Below, in pieces: positions 62,701 through 64,000 of a stretch of DNA of 64,000 nucleotides (within the stretch, counting starts at the first letter, position 1; every line of letters begins with the position of its first letter). The notes under the pieces are model-generated. The model was not told the DNA's origin and made no database searches. It saw nothing but the letters and a program-made list of their open reading frames with translations. Position numbers and translations under genes: made by a program. Source of the stretch: Bdellovibrionota bacterium (GTDB lineage: Bacteria > Bdellovibrionota_C > UBA2361 > CAKMMH01); contig JBMNLI010000012.1 of the NCBI GenBank assembly GCA_050952645.1, positions 290,835 through 354,834 of the forward strand, given 5' to 3'.

Positions 62701-64000
62701 TTTAAGATAGAGTCAAGTAGATCCCTTGCTTCTTCAGTTGAGTTTTTAAAATTTTTATAAAGCGTTAAGAGTTGCGATTCTTCTTTGTTTGCTTTCCTTT
62801 TAGCTTCTTTACTTGCTAAGTAAGCTTTTAAGAAATCTCTTAATTCTTCATTACTCGAATTATTTAAGATAGAGCCAAGTAGATCCCTTGCTTCTTCAGT
62901 TGAATTTTTAAAATTTTTATAAAGCGTTAAGAGTTGCGATTCTTCTTTGTTTGCTTTCCTTTTAGCTTCTTTACTTGCTAAGTAAGCTTTTAAGAAATCT
63001 CTTAATTCTTCATTACTCGAATTATTTAAGATAGAGTCAAGTAGATCCCTTGCTTCTTCAGTTGAGTTTTTAAAATTTTTATAAAGCGTTAAGAGTTGCG
63101 ATTCTTCTTGGTTTGCTTTCCTTTTAGCTTGATTAAAAGCATCTAACTTACTAATCTCATTTTTAAGCTTATAAACATTATCTGAAAGATTATTTATTGT
63201 ATCTTCTAGGTTTACATTATCTATTTTATCTTTAAAAGCATTTAACAAAGCTTCTGAAGTTTGATTTGTGTTTTTTGTAGCTTCACTTATACTATTTACC
63301 TCTTGCTTTAAACTTGCATTAGCATTGCTAGTAGTATTAGCTTCATTATCTGCCATTCCATTTGCCACAAGATTTAAGTTAGCTCTGTCATTTACATTTA
63401 ATGAAGCTTGCATCGAAACTTGACTATATCTTGCGTTTATTTGTTCTTCTGAAATATATCTCTCGGCTTCTTCCAAGCCTTGTTGTAATTCTTTATTAGC
63501 ATTTTCTATACCAGCAATCTCATTAACTAAAGAAGCATTATCATTTTCTAGCGAGCCTTGTTGTAAATTTTCTTGTCGTAATTTTGTATTAAGTTTAGCT
63601 AATTTTGTTTCAATGCTATTTGCTGCTTTTAATATCTCGGCCTTTGCTAATCTTATTTCTTCACTTTCATTATATTTACTTTTATCTGTATTATCTACTT
63701 CTAGGATAGGACCTTCATCTTTCAAATTATTCAAGAATTTACCAAAACTTTCTTTAGCTTGTGCTATTAGTTCTTCCCTTTCTTTTCTTTGTGCATCAAG
63801 TTTTGCTTTTAAAGCTAGTTCTTCTTCAGGCGTTAGCTTATCTACTTCTAGGATAGGACCTTCATCTTTAGCTACATTTTGAGCAAGCTTAGTTTTATTA
63901 TTTTCGCTTTCTTCTTCTATTTCCGTCTCATCATTTACTTTATTAGCGATATTAGTGTTAAAAAATTCCCCAGCTTTTTTAAAAATTTCATCTTCTGTTT
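59747..64000 (-). CDS. 5'-partial giant coiled-coil/repeat protein (over 1200 aa), broken only inside the repeat array
   Basis: Frame is open from the window edge through ORF 62427-63734. Removing 61967-62465 joins it in frame to ORF 59747-61855. Confidence 0.75.
61140..61220. repeat. 15-bp tandem repeat encoding NNDNK x5
   Basis: ttattatcattattt units. Confidence 0.9.
61803..63130 (-). repeat. 162-bp (54-aa) tandem repeat: 7 near-identical units plus 1 diverged unit as assembled
   Basis: Unit KRKANKEESQLLTLYKNFKNSTEEARDLL(D/G)SILNNSSNEELRDFLK(A/V)YLASKEA, mostly spaced 162 bp. Confidence 0.95.

Noticed and set aside
61803..63130. CRISPR array
   Set aside because: Contiguous 162-bp coding repeats with no unique spacers and no cas genes.
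1687..63882. Numerous antisense or nested ORFs in the track (e.g. 1687-1992, 8467-8895, 19053-19406, 60723-61271)
   Set aside because: They are shadows of well-supported genes on the opposite strand or in another frame.

Overview
Very AT-rich bacterial chromosomal window. Gene content (PilP, TonB, E-F-G-B-C-D-D-D mrp operon, AhcY, flagellin-like protein) suggests a deltaproteobacterial or Bdellovibrionota-like lineage; this is an inference only. Housekeeping genes (folD, ftsH, dut, pnp, rpsO, mrp, cmoB, plsC, greB, ruvC-like, tatA, rsmI, ftsK, ahcY, degP, tRNA-Ile, tRNA-Ala) are interspersed with unusual elements. (1) A MITE family with terminal inverted repeats and 8-bp target-site duplications; the long form carries an inner palindromic module, and a group IIC intron sits at the foot of that inner stem in one copy while an empty copy is present in the same window. 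(2) Highly diverged F-type T4SS-like TrbC/TraW/TraU genes and a distant orphan pilin. (3) A flagellin-like protein with a beta-propeller-like insert behind a sigma28-type promoter, followed by a stand-alone sigma70 region-4 protein. (4) An E1 alpha/beta pair lacking the TPP-binding motif. (5) A sulfatase/phosphodiesterase cluster with an RHH protein bearing the family's LGY tail. (6) An array of small diverged paralogues, each with its own terminator. (7) A secreted-protein gene bracketed by complementary 5' and 3' UTR sequences. Many homopolymer frameshifts and an exact 500-bp duplication point to long-read consensus errors. All family calls come from motif recognition by eye; no database searches were run.
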